Assembly: GCA_964252075.1 (NCBI GenBank)
Contig: CAXULY010000060.1
Coordinates: forward strand, 1-27,614
Length of the DNA stretch: 27,614 bases
Direction of reading: 5' to 3'
Origin: an uncultured Deinococcaceae bacterium
Lineage (GTDB): Bacteria; Deinococcota; Deinococci; Deinococcales; Deinococcaceae
Below are positions 1 to 7,367 of this stretch, piece after piece. Each line of letters starts with the position of its first letter. The first letter of the stretch is position 1. The notes below the pieces were generated by a model. It saw only the letters and a program-made list of their open reading frames with translations, searched no databases and had not been told where the DNA came from. The translations under genes and the position numbers were made by a program.

Positions 1-8
1 GTGAAGTC

Positions 9-260
9 CAAGCAGGCCCGCGCCGCCTTGCTTTGTGATCGCACCACCAAGGCGACGCGGGCCGACCCCATGAAGAATCGGCCCGCTTGACGGCGCTCTA
101 TGCCGTCACGAACCGAGCGCCGCCCGCCCACGATAACGCGAATGCGGGCGGACCGAGGGGTTGGCGCCCGCGCGCCCAGTCAGGTGTATGGCGCACTGAC
201 CAAGTTCATTCAGCATGAAAGTGCGGGCCGCGCCCCTCCACAGGGTCAGCCCGCGCGCAC
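9..260 (-). ncRNA. Candidate structured RNA (consecutive hairpins), may continue beyond the window edge
   Basis: About 7 back-to-back stems; most non-canonical pairs are G.U only on the minus strand; no credible ORF. Confidence 0.35.
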
Positions 261-263
261 AAT

Positions 264-473
264 CTAGCGTTGCTTTGTCTGGATGACCAGCTCCAGACCG
301 AGGGCGTCGAGGATGGCATCCACATGCTCGCGCGGGACCGGACGGGCACCCCCCACGATACCTGCAAGCGTAGCGGGTTTCATTTCGAGCTTCCGAGCGA
401 GTTCAGCTTGGAAGCCGCGCGGCTGTTGCTTCACGGCATCCCTGATCTCACGCTCAATGTCTGACCATCCCAT
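264..473 (-). CDS. Small XRE/Cro-like helix-turn-helix regulator
   Basis: QAELARKLEMKPATLAGIVGGARPV...ILDALGLEL is a typical XRE HTH. TAGACT -10 lies 6 nt before ATG 473 (leaderless), favouring 473 over 479. Confidence 0.85.
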   Translation of the reverse strand: MGWSDIEREIRDAVKQQPRGFQAELARKLEMKPATLAGIVGGARPVPREHVDAILDALGLELVIQTKQR

Positions 474-479
474 GTCCAC

Positions 480-535
480 AGTCTATGTTAGGCGCTCGCC
501 TATTGATAATGGTAGGCATACGCCTAATAATTAGG
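480..535. promoter_or_regulatory. Divergent promoter region with two TAGGC-N4-GCCTA operators
   Basis: TAGGCGCTCGCCTA 489-502 and TAGGCATACGCCTA 513-526; TTGATA(503-508)-17 bp-AATAAT(526-531) on +; TAGACT (480-485) on -; extra palindrome CCTAATAATTAGG 523-535. Confidence 0.7.
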
Positions 536-602
536 TCAAGGAAAGGGCGCCCACTCCGGCAAGAAGAAGCGCCCAGACCACCCCCACTCAGGAGGCACGA
601 CC

Positions 603-1022
603 ATGATCGCAGACGGCACGTACACCTACAACCGCGTGAACACCTACGGCCCCAGCACCCCCACCCTCGTCCGCATCGTGGACGGCCGCCTGTTCGACTA
701 CGTGATCGGCGCGGGCCTCGACGCCGAGAGCACCCCCACCGAGTGGCTGACCCAGGTGGAGTCCGCCGTGCTCGCCGAGTTGGCCCTGTACCTCCGCCTG
801 GGCGCCGCCACCCGCCAGCCGGAGCTGGAGCCCGAACCCACCGTCGGCAAGGCCGCGGGCCGCGCGCTCCACATCGCGCTGGGCCAGCTGGGCGTGCAGG
901 ACCACTACACCTTCGCGGCGCAAGTGCTGAACCGCCGCGTGCACAGCCTCGCGGCCCTCACGCACGCCGAGTTCCAGCGGGTGCACGCCGCCATCCACGC
1001 GCAGCCGGAGATCGCGGCTTGA
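603..1022 (+). CDS. Phage hypothetical protein, C-terminus loosely GemA/DUF1018-like
   Basis: AGGAGG RBS before ATG; GC3-rich codons; LHIALGQLG...SLAALTHAEFQRV resembles a Mu GemA-type helical motif (by eye). Confidence 0.75.
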   Translation: MIADGTYTYNRVNTYGPSTPTLVRIVDGRLFDYVIGAGLDAESTPTEWLTQVESAVLAELALYLRLGAATRQPELEPEPTVGKAAGRALHIALGQLGVQDHYTFAAQVLNRRVHSLAALTHAEFQRVHAAIHAQPEIAA

Positions 1023-1129
1023 GGCCCCGCTGGCACCACCCCGCCGTGGGGTGGGCGCTGGCCCTCGGGTGGGTGGCGAGCGTAGCAGTAGCGCAGGCGC
1101 ATGGGTACCTCCACGGCCCCTGGTGGTGA

Positions 1130-1162
1130 CGAACAAAAGCCGGACAAAAGCCGAACAAAAGA
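1130..1162. repeat. Three tandem 11-bp direct repeats CGRACAAAAGM
   Basis: CGAACAAAAGC / CGGACAAAAGC / CGAACAAAAGA. Confidence 0.85.
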
Positions 1163-1199
1163 AGCGCCCCCACCCGCACGAAAGCAAGGCGGGGGCGCT
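1163..1199 (-). terminator. Intrinsic terminator, cassette-repeat copy 1
   Basis: GCGCCCCC..GGGGGCGC stem with UUCG-containing loop, followed on - by TTCTTTTGTT; 13 nt after the collagen gene stop. Confidence 0.85.
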
Positions 1200-1212
1200 G
1201 CTGTGGTTCGCT

Positions 1213-2127
1213 TTACCGGGTGGTCTTCAGGAAGCGGCGCACCGCGTTGACGTCGTTGAGATTCACGCCGCTGGCCTTCAGCGCGGCCACCGTCGACTTC
1301 TGCAGCACGTAGTACTGGTAGCTGTACGAAGCCGCTCCAGGGTCCGTGGAGCTGGTGTTGGCGCGTACCACCCAAATACTACCGTTGAAGTACAAGAAGT
1401 CCACGGAGGTGGCGTTGACGGTGGTGGGCAGCTGATGCCATACGTTCGGGGCTAGGCCCGAGATGTAGACCAGCACCGCTTGATTCTTGGCGTCGGTAAT
1501 GTCCGGAGCAGATATCACCCCATACCGGGGGTTCGCATAGCTAAAAACGCCATCGCTGAGGCCTCCGGTCACAATGCTCACGTTAACGGTTCCTGAGCCA
1601 CTGCCGATAACAGAGCCAGGGCCCGTCGGACCGGTGGCGCCCGTCGCTCCAGTGGCGCCGGTCGCGCCCGGATCGCCCTGCGGACCTTGCGGGCCCTGCG
1701 GGCCGGTCGCGCCTGGATCGCCTTGCGGACCAGTTGCGCCGGTGGCGCCAGGGTCGCCGGTTGGGCCCGTGGGTCCGGTGGCCCCAGGATCACCTTGGGG
1801 GCCGGTCGCGCCCGTCGCGCCGGGATCACCCTGGGGCCCGGTCGCGCCGGTCGCACCCGTTGACCCGGGTGCACCGGATGCGCCAGGTGCTCCCGGTGCG
1901 CCTTGGCTGCCGGACGGTCCCTGAGCACCAGTGCTCCCAGTGGCACCTGTACTCCCGGTGGCGCCCGTCGCACCGCTGGGACCCTGAGCACCCGTGGGGC
2001 CTTGCGGTCCCTGGGCACCTGCCGGGCCTTGCGCGCCCTGCGGGCCCACCTGACCGGAGCAGGCGGCAAGGTTGAGGACAAGGGGAAGGGTGAGCATTGC
2101 TGCGGCCATCACTCGTTTTGCGTTCAT
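1213..2127 (-). CDS. Collagen-like lipoprotein
   Basis: Signal peptide with lipobox LAAC (Cys23), about 48 uninterrupted Gly-X-Y triplets, globular C-terminal domain. Confidence 0.9.
   Translation of the reverse strand: MNAKRVMAAAMLTLPLVLNLAACSGQVGPQGAQGPAGAQGPQGPTGAQGPSGATGATGSTGATGSTGAQGPSGSQGAPGAPGASGAPGSTGATGATGPQGDPGATGATGPQGDPGATGPTGPTGDPGATGATGPQGDPGATGPQGPQGPQGDPGATGATGATGATGPTGPGSVIGSGSGTVNVSIVTGGLSDGVFSYANPRYGVISAPDITDAKNQAVLVYISGLAPNVWHQLPTTVNATSVDFLYFNGSIWVVRANTSSTDPGAASYSYQYYVLQKSTVAALKASGVNLNDVNAVRRFLKTTR
1624..2055 (-). repeat. Collagen Gly-X-Y coding repeat
   Basis: GAT/GPQ/GDP triplets, including recurring [12 protein letters not shown] units. Confidence 0.9.
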
Positions 2128-2172
2128 ACGCCCTCACCTTGGCACGCGTCGGCTGCCTGACGAACCACAAAT

Positions 2173-2207
2173 GCGCCCCCACCCGCCCGAAGGCAAGGTG
2201 GGGGCGC
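2173..2207 (-). terminator. Intrinsic terminator, cassette-repeat copy 2
   Basis: 32/35 identical to copy 1; cUUCGg loop; followed by ATTTGTGGTT; 13 nt after the pilin stop. Confidence 0.8.
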
Positions 2208-2220
2208 TGCTTACAGGCGA

Positions 2221-2604
2221 TTATTTGCCGTTGATGGAGGTGTAGCTGAGGGCACCGTTCGTGACGGTGACGGTGAAGTCGTTGACGCCGTTGTTCGCGA
2301 TGCTACACACCGTCACGCCGGTGGGAGCCTGAGCCCAGCCGTAGTTCATGCCAGAGATCGTACTGACGGCGGACGTGCACGTGCCACCGGCAGCAGTCAC
2401 CACGTTAGCGGCAGTCAGCGTCGTGTTGTCTGCAAGCGCCGCGGAGAGGGCCTTATACACGTTCGCACTGTGGGCTTGCACGGCGCGCTTCTGAGCGGCG
2501 GCGCGGGCGCCCAGCAGGTTGGGGATCAGGACGGCGGCGAGGATGCCGATAATGGCAATGACAATCAGGAGCTCGATCAGGGTGAAGCCCGCGGTCTTCT
2601 TCAT
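2221..2604 (-). CDS. Type IV pilin (major-pilin-like, type IVa)
   Basis: MKKTAG|FTLIELLIVIAIIGILAAVLIP: short basic leader, G|F cleavage site, Glu+5, Pro22; two Cys in the C-terminal half; TACACT -10 six nt before ATG 2604. Confidence 0.93.
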   Translation of the reverse strand: MKKTAGFTLIELLIVIAIIGILAAVLIPNLLGARAAAQKRAVQAHSANVYKALSAALADNTTLTAANVVTAAGGTCTSAVSTISGMNYGWAQAPTGVTVCSIANNGVNDFTVTVTNGALSYTSINGK

Positions 2605-2610
2605 GGGCAA

Positions 2611-2616
2611 AGTGTA
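2611..2616 (-). promoter_or_regulatory. -10 box of leaderless pilin promoter
   Basis: TACACT-TTGCCC-ATG. Confidence 0.65.
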
Positions 2617-2668
2617 GATGAGATGAAATCACATGCTTCTTACAGAATGGAAGTATCGGAAGACAACA

Positions 2669-2711
2669 GATGCGCCCCTCCCGACTGCCGAAGCAGGGGA
2701 GGGGGCGCATC
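2669..2711 (-). terminator. Intrinsic terminator, cassette-repeat copy 3 (diverged)
   Basis: GATGCGCCCC..GGGGCGCATC stem, cUUCGg loop, followed by TGTTGTCTT. Confidence 0.75.
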
Positions 2712-2732
2712 AATGTCAGTTCAGCAACTTGG

Positions 2733-2996
2733 TCAGCTCAAGGCGCGTGGATGACGATACATGTACAGCAGAGTCATCATCTGCACCACCATGTAAGTCA
2801 TGAGGAGCGGCTTCAGAAGGCCATGCATGAAGGTGGCAGCGACCAGAATCGCAATGAACGGCAGGAAGCTGGTGACGTATGCCAACTGGGGCCCCCAGCC
2901 GCGCTGACGGACCGGGGCAACAAGAAACAAGCTGACGCAGCCCGCCACCAGGAACACCGCGTATGGGAACCAGTACAAGACGATTTCCCAGTTCAT
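2733..2996 (-). CDS. Small membrane protein (87 aa, about 3 TM segments)
   Basis: Hydrophobic MNWEIVLYWF... segment of ORF 2733..3290; TATACT-6 nt-ATG at 2996. Confidence 0.75.
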   Translation of the reverse strand: MNWEIVLYWFPYAVFLVAGCVSLFLVAPVRQRGWGPQLAYVTSFLPFIAILVAATFMHGLLKPLLMTYMVVQMMTLLYMYRHPRALS

Positions 2997-3088
2997 GCGT
3001 TGAGTATATGGATCACTCCAGTCGTGCCCCGCCCACGTGCCCCCCGTGCGGCGGGGCCGGCAAGAAGTCCTGACCCCAAACGCGAAAC

Positions 3089-3121
3089 GCGCCCCACCCG
3101 CCCGAAGGCAGGTGAGGGCAC
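3089..3121 (-). terminator. Intrinsic terminator, cassette-repeat copy 4
   Basis: Shares CCCCACCCGCCCGAAGGCA with copy 2; cUUCGg loop; followed by TTTCGCGTTT. Confidence 0.75.
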
Positions 3122-3129
3122 AGGTGTGG

Positions 3130-3318
3130 TCACCGAAGTTCGGCGATGTGCAGGTTTCGCTTGCAGGTACAGCGGAACTTCTCGATGGTGCTTTCCCAAA
3201 TACCCTGTGGCCAGACATGCCAGGTGTCCCGCACACCTTTGCGCCAGTACACGATGTGGCCACGCTGGTGGTGTCGAAAGCGCCACTCAAGACCGCAGGC
3301 GCACGAGACTGTGTTCAT
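3130..3318 (-). CDS. Small CxC...CxC protein, putative Zn ribbon (62 aa)
   Basis: MNTVSCACG...FRCTCKRNL; TATCCT -10 seven nt before ATG 3318; terminator 8 nt after stop. Confidence 0.65.
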   Translation of the reverse strand: MNTVSCACGLEWRFRHHQRGHIVYWRKGVRDTWHVWPQGIWESTIEKFRCTCKRNLHIAELR

Positions 3319-3375
3319 CACGGCGAGGATAGCGATGGACCGACGGACACGCCGCCCCAAATACCTGGGACAGGG

Positions 3376-3792
3376 TCAGAACGAACTGCTGTACGGCCCC
3401 AGGCCACCACGCGTGTACTCCGCCACCCCGTGCACCACGCCGCCCTCAGGCAAGCCGAAGGACTTCCCGCCCGGCACGTCAAGGCCAGCGCCGAAGCTGC
3501 ACACGACGTCCAGCTGGTCCGCCTTGCAGCGCCCGTCATTCACGCGCAGGCCTGCGCCGATCAGCGTGAGCCTGGTCAGCGTGACCGGCGTGGCGCCCGC
3601 GTCGAAGCACACCCGCGTGGGCGCGAGGTGCCCGTCTGGCTCCGGCAGGTTGCAACTGGCGGCCGCCGTGAGTCGCAGGACGGCGGGCGTGGGGTCCGCG
3701 AGGGTCTGAGGTGGGGCGGGGTCTGGCGTGGCCAGCAGGGGCGCGCAGGCGCCCAGCAGCACCACCCCCAGCAGCAGCGCGAGCCGCCTCAC
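3376..3792 (-). CDS. Phage lipoprotein (possibly lysis-region or spanin-like)
   Basis: GTG start gives MRRLALLLGVVLLGAC with a lipobox; 4 further Cys. Function inferred from position only. Confidence 0.7.
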   Translation of the reverse strand: MRRLALLLGVVLLGACAPLLATPDPAPPQTLADPTPAVLRLTAAASCNLPEPDGHLAPTRVCFDAGATPVTLTRLTLIGAGLRVNDGRCKADQLDVVCSFGAGLDVPGGKSFGLPEGGVVHGVAEYTRGGLGPYSSSF

Positions 3793-3879
3793 TCCACGCC
3801 GCCTTCGCGTCGCCTCGAAGGGCCCGTAGGTGCGGCCCTCGGAGGCGAACGTGCCGGGGATGCTCGTGACCTTCTTCAT
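3793..3879 (-). pseudogene. Stub of the gene after the capsid gene, fused in frame to the lipoprotein
   Basis: ATG overlaps the capsid stop (TGATG); MKKVTSIPGTFASEGRTYGPFEA then runs into a signal peptide preceded by an orphan GTGA stop/start overlap. Confidence 0.55.
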
Positions 3880-5003
3880 CACGAGGCCCCGATCTCGGTG
3901 GTGGACAGCACGACGTTGCGCGCCTCGTCGAGGGCGGGCAGCACGTCCTCAGCGGCGCGCGCGACGACCTCATAGGGCGCGCCCTCGGGCACGTACACCT
4001 GGCTGAAGCGCGTGCTCTGCTGCCCGGACTCGGTGTTCGGGCCGATGTGCGTGACGCCCAGCGCGCCGGACACGATCTGCCCGTCGATCAGCTCCACCTC
4101 GCGGTTCGTGGTGCGGATGAAGGTGGTCTTCCCGTCCGGCCAGAAGTACGGCGCGTCGGGCGCGTCGGCCTTCCCGGCGTACACGAACACCGTGACGGTC
4201 TTGCGCACGTCGAGGGTGCGCTGCCCGAAGTTGAAGCTGCCGTCCGCGTTCTTCGCGGCCTGCACCAGCACGTACTGCGTCACGCTGGGCGTGACCTGCG
4301 TGCGCTCCACCGGGATGGCGCCGTTCGCGGCGTTGCCCGCGATGGCGTTGAAGGTGGTGGAGTTCATGATGCACGTGGGTTCCACGCGCAGGCGGTCCCG
4401 CGCGAGCTGCACGTCATCCCAGAACTTGCTGGCGGACTTGTCGTAAGCGTCCGTGCCCGTGCGGCTCACCTTGTGGGTGCTGGGCACGGCGAAGTCCACG
4501 TCCACCTTGTTGCCGGTGGAGCTGTCCGTGACGTTGATCTTGCCGTAGGCCAGCGCGATGGCGCGGAAGATCTCCTCGCCGTAATCGAGGGACAGCATCA
4601 GGCCGTCCTCCACGAGGCGGCTGATGAAGTTCTCGTACACCTGCTGCGCGTTCTGCCCGCCCTGCAGGCCCTGCGCGGCGCGCAGGATCGTCGCGTTCGC
4701 GCGGGCGTGCATGGCGTCCTGCATGCCTTCGTTCAGCCTCGCTTCGGCGCTCAGCTTGAAGGTCGTGCCGCTGAAGCTCACCTGCTTGATGTCCGCGACC
4801 TTCGCGAAGCGGCTGTCCACGCCCGTGAGGGGCGCGGGGGTCGTGACGATGCGGAAGCTGCCCGTCTGGATCTCCGCGGTGGTGCTCGTGACGGGCGGCA
4901 GGAAGCGCGCGAGGAACAGCGTGTCCAGCGCGACGGGGCGGGTGGCGATGTACGTGGACAGCCCGGCGATGACGCGGGCGAGGGCGGCCTGGAAGGGGGT
5001 CAT
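3879..5003 (-). CDS. Major capsid protein (HK97 fold inferred)
   Basis: 374 aa after scaffold and decoration genes; G-K-I..VDF-V-P..H and W-x-D segments resemble capsid protein E-like families. Confidence 0.8.
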   Translation of the reverse strand: MTPFQAALARVIAGLSTYIATRPVALDTLFLARFLPPVTSTTAEIQTGSFRIVTTPAPLTGVDSRFAKVADIKQVSFSGTTFKLSAEARLNEGMQDAMHARANATILRAAQGLQGGQNAQQVYENFISRLVEDGLMLSLDYGEEIFRAIALAYGKINVTDSSTGNKVDVDFAVPSTHKVSRTGTDAYDKSASKFWDDVQLARDRLRVEPTCIMNSTTFNAIAGNAANGAIPVERTQVTPSVTQYVLVQAAKNADGSFNFGQRTLDVRKTVTVFVYAGKADAPDAPYFWPDGKTTFIRTTNREVELIDGQIVSGALGVTHIGPNTESGQQSTRFSQVYVPEGAPYEVVARAAEDVLPALDEARNVVLSTTEIGAS

Positions 5004-5440
5004 GCGCCCACCACCAGGGAGCCCTGGCTTTTCTGCCAGACGAAGTTCGCGCCGAGGGCCGTCTTGAAGCCCGACGCGAGGACCCTAGGCGTGCCGGTGG
5101 CGTCCGGCAGCTTGTCCTCGTAGATCACGCCGCCCGCGAGCAGGCCCGTGGTGAGGTCACTGCCGCGCATCTGCCCCGGAAGGGGCGCCTCCACCACGTC
5201 CGTCGCGGTGAGGTAGCAGGTGCCCGCGGCGTCCGAGGTGGTGCTGGGGATCAGGGTGTTGTCGGTGTCGCGCTTCACGACGGTGCCCGCCGGAATGACG
5301 CGCTGCCCGGCGGTGCCGAATCTGGTGGTATCCGTGAAGCTCGCGAGCTTCACGGTGCCGCCCAGCGCGATGCGCATCAGGCTGTTTTCGTCGGCGGTGA
5401 ACTTGATGCCGAGCGCGAACGAGGTCTCAGATCGTCCCAT
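5000..5440 (-). CDS. Head decoration protein (putative)
   Basis: 146 aa, IPAGTVV motif, G-V-I-Y-E-D-K-L-P; between scaffold and capsid; AGGAG RBS. Confidence 0.7.
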   Translation of the reverse strand: MGRSETSFALGIKFTADENSLMRIALGGTVKLASFTDTTRFGTAGQRVIPAGTVVKRDTDNTLIPSTTSDAAGTCYLTATDVVEAPLPGQMRGSDLTTGLLAGGVIYEDKLPDATGTPRVLASGFKTALGANFVWQKSQGSLVVGA

Positions 5441-5450
5441 GGGGGTGCTC

Positions 5451-6227
5451 CTAGGTGGTCTTGAAGTCGAGGGCGCCGACGACCTTGCGTTCAGCGCCGC
5501 CTGAGGGGGTGGTGCGGCCGAGCGCCGCGCCGATCACGTTGCCGCCCTGGTCCGCGCCGCCCGCGCCGGACTGCCCAGTGAGGCGGGTGCCGTCCTGCGT
5601 GTTCGCGCCGCCACCCTGGGCAGTTGGGAACAGCGCGGGCACGTAATCCGGCCAGTTCACCGTGGCGTAGTCCTTCAGGGGGCCGCGGTCGGTCGCCTGA
5701 CCGTTCACGGTTTCCACCACGCGCGCCACCTGGACGGGCTTGCCGTCCACCGTTTCCTCCTTGAGGACCACGGTGAGGTTCGTGCCGCGCAGGCGGTCCT
5801 GCAGGACGCTCAGCTTCGCCCCGGCCGCCTCGGTCACGCCGCGCAGCTGCTCGGTGGAGCGCAGTTCGGTGTTCTCCGCGAGGGCCGTCTGGACGGCAGT
5901 GGGCGTGAGGGCGGTGCCGTCCGGCGTGCGCAAGGCCTGCCATGCCTGCCACTGCTGCGCCTGCTCGGCAGTCAGCGCGAGCCCACCCTGTGGCACGCGG
6001 CTGCTGGTGTCGCGGCCCGCGTCCACGAGGTCGTGCAGCTGCGCGGCGCCTTCCTGCGTGGTGGGGATGCCGAGTTCCCGGAGGGCTGACTCGAAGGTGC
6101 GGCGGAAGGTGCGCGCCTGGGCGTTCTCCCCCTCGCGGGCGGCCACGTCACGCGCGGCGGCCTCGCCAGCGCGGGTCGGGTCGTTTTCGTTCTCTTCGAG
6201 GTAGTTCTGCCAAGTTCTCGGTGCCAT
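5451..6227 (-). CDS. Capsid scaffolding protein (putative)
   Basis: Helical N-terminal half, LF followed by Gly-rich tail; position upstream of decoration and capsid; AAGGAG RBS. Confidence 0.65.
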   Translation of the reverse strand: MAPRTWQNYLEENENDPTRAGEAAARDVAAREGENAQARTFRRTFESALRELGIPTTQEGAAQLHDLVDAGRDTSSRVPQGGLALTAEQAQQWQAWQALRTPDGTALTPTAVQTALAENTELRSTEQLRGVTEAAGAKLSVLQDRLRGTNLTVVLKEETVDGKPVQVARVVETVNGQATDRGPLKDYATVNWPDYVPALFPTAQGGGANTQDGTRLTGQSGAGGADQGGNVIGAALGRTTPSGGAERKVVGALDFKTT

Positions 6228-6304
6228 GATCGTCAGCTCCTTGAGCAGTGAGGGGGTGGTGTCCCCGTGGGACGTGGAGCTCGGCGGGGCACCCCATGGG
6301 CGCG

Positions 6305-6332
6305 TGAGATCAGGTTCGGACAGCGCGTGACA
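6305..6332 (-). promoter_or_regulatory. Late-promoter motif before the scaffold operon
   Basis: TGTCAC-GCGCTGTCC-GAACCT-GATCTC-A. Confidence 0.65.
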
Positions 6333-6392
6333 CCCCGCTGCGGATTGTTCGCGCCATGCAGCGCTCGTGCGGTGGAGCGCGTAGGTTGAGGG

Positions 6393-6617
6393 ATGGAAAC
6401 CAGCATTCGGGCGAACGTCAGGCAGTTCGCGGCCCTGTGGTACTCGGCTGATTTACAGCGGAGCGCCAACCAGGACGCCGCGCGAGAGCACGCCCTCATG
6501 CAGATCCAGTTGTACTTAAGCGATTACGGCATCGGGCAGGAGCACGCGAGGCCCTACCTTGAGGCGGCGTCTGAAGCCATCGATCAGATCTTCCAGCCTC
6601 AATCGAAATCAAACTGA
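6393..6617 (+). CDS. Hypothetical moron protein (74 aa)
   Basis: Antisense to the head operon; TAGGTT 5 nt before ATG; plausible helical protein. Confidence 0.65.
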   Translation: METSIRANVRQFAALWYSADLQRSANQDAAREHALMQIQLYLSDYGIGQEHARPYLEAASEAIDQIFQPQSKSN

Positions 6618-6641
6618 GGGACGCCTCAACCAAGGAAGCGC

Positions 6642-6872
6642 ATGCGCACACAAATGGATCGCTTGGGTCGGCTGCCCCATCACCAATGGGGCGAGTGGGA
6701 CCTCGCCTGCGCCGTCAGTACCATTCGGAGTTATCCGGAATCCTTGATTCCTGAACTCCTGACGCGGTGGCTTGACGGGCTGGTGACACGCGGATGGACG
6801 CCCGAAGAGGCGTCGGTCTTCACGGACGCCATGCAACACCAGTTGCTGGACGCGGTAAACCATCACCGGTGA
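6642..6872 (+). CDS. Hypothetical moron protein (about 76 aa)
   Basis: AAGGAAG before ATG; follows 6393..6617 in tandem. Confidence 0.55.
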   Translation: MRTQMDRLGRLPHHQWGEWDLACAVSTIRSYPESLIPELLTRWLDGLVTRGWTPEEASVFTDAMQHQLLDAVNHHR

Positions 6873-7044
6873 CGCGCAGGGCAGTTGCTTGCCGCGCCTG
6901 ACTGAAGGAACCGTTTCGGTTTTCACTTGCTGGCTGTCGCTGGCGGGCGGCGTCGGTCAAGGGGCTGGCCCAGCACCGGCAGGGCGCCTCGCCCGCGCGG
7001 TCCCTGCGGTCGCGATGGCCGTCGCGCGGGAAAATCCATGGCGT

Positions 7045-7284
7045 TCAGTTCCTTGCGAGGCGGTTCACGGAGCCGACGCTGATGATCTCGTCGAAGCGCG
7101 TGCGGCCGTCATGCCCGTGGATGCGCTCGGCGTCCTCCATCGAGCGGTAGATGCCCACGCTGTTCACGTCGGTGCGCCAGCTGATCGCCACCCAGCCGTT
7201 ATCGAACTCCACGGCGTCCGCGACGTGGCCAGTGCCGCTCACGCCACTGACGTCCTCTTCCCGCACCACCCTGAACAGTTTCAT
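7045..7284 (-). CDS. Conserved phage hypothetical protein
   Basis: DVSGVSGTG-V-A..W....S......HGH-G motif recalled from uncharacterised phage proteins; late-promoter motif upstream. Confidence 0.8.
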   Translation of the reverse strand: MKLFRVVREEDVSGVSGTGHVADAVEFDNGWVAISWRTDVNSVGIYRSMEDAERIHGHDGRTRFDEIISVGSVNRLARN

Positions 7285-7311
7285 GTCCCCACTCTCGGCG
7301 GGGGTGTGACA
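7285..7311 (-). promoter_or_regulatory. Late-promoter motif (leaderless)
   Basis: TGTCAC-ACCCCCGCC-GAGAGT-GGGGAC-ATG. Confidence 0.65.
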
Positions 7312-7367
7312 GGTGCGCTCAGTCGGGCTGCAGGCAGTTTGGTCTGCTGATCGGCTAATTTATGGAC

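Noticed and set aside
1574..1924. PVAPVAPG repeat ORF on +
   Set aside because: Reverse-strand reading of the collagen repeat.
1163..3121. Repeated hairpins as a CRISPR array or integron attC sites
   Set aside because: Spacing is gene-sized and irregular, with no cas or intI gene and no RYYYAAC/GTTRRRY boxes. UUCG loops, G.U pairs and U-rich tails point to RNA terminators.
6783..6788. Further minus-strand TGTCAC
   Set aside because: Lies inside a + ORF and lacks the GANNNT and +1 A at the fixed spacing.
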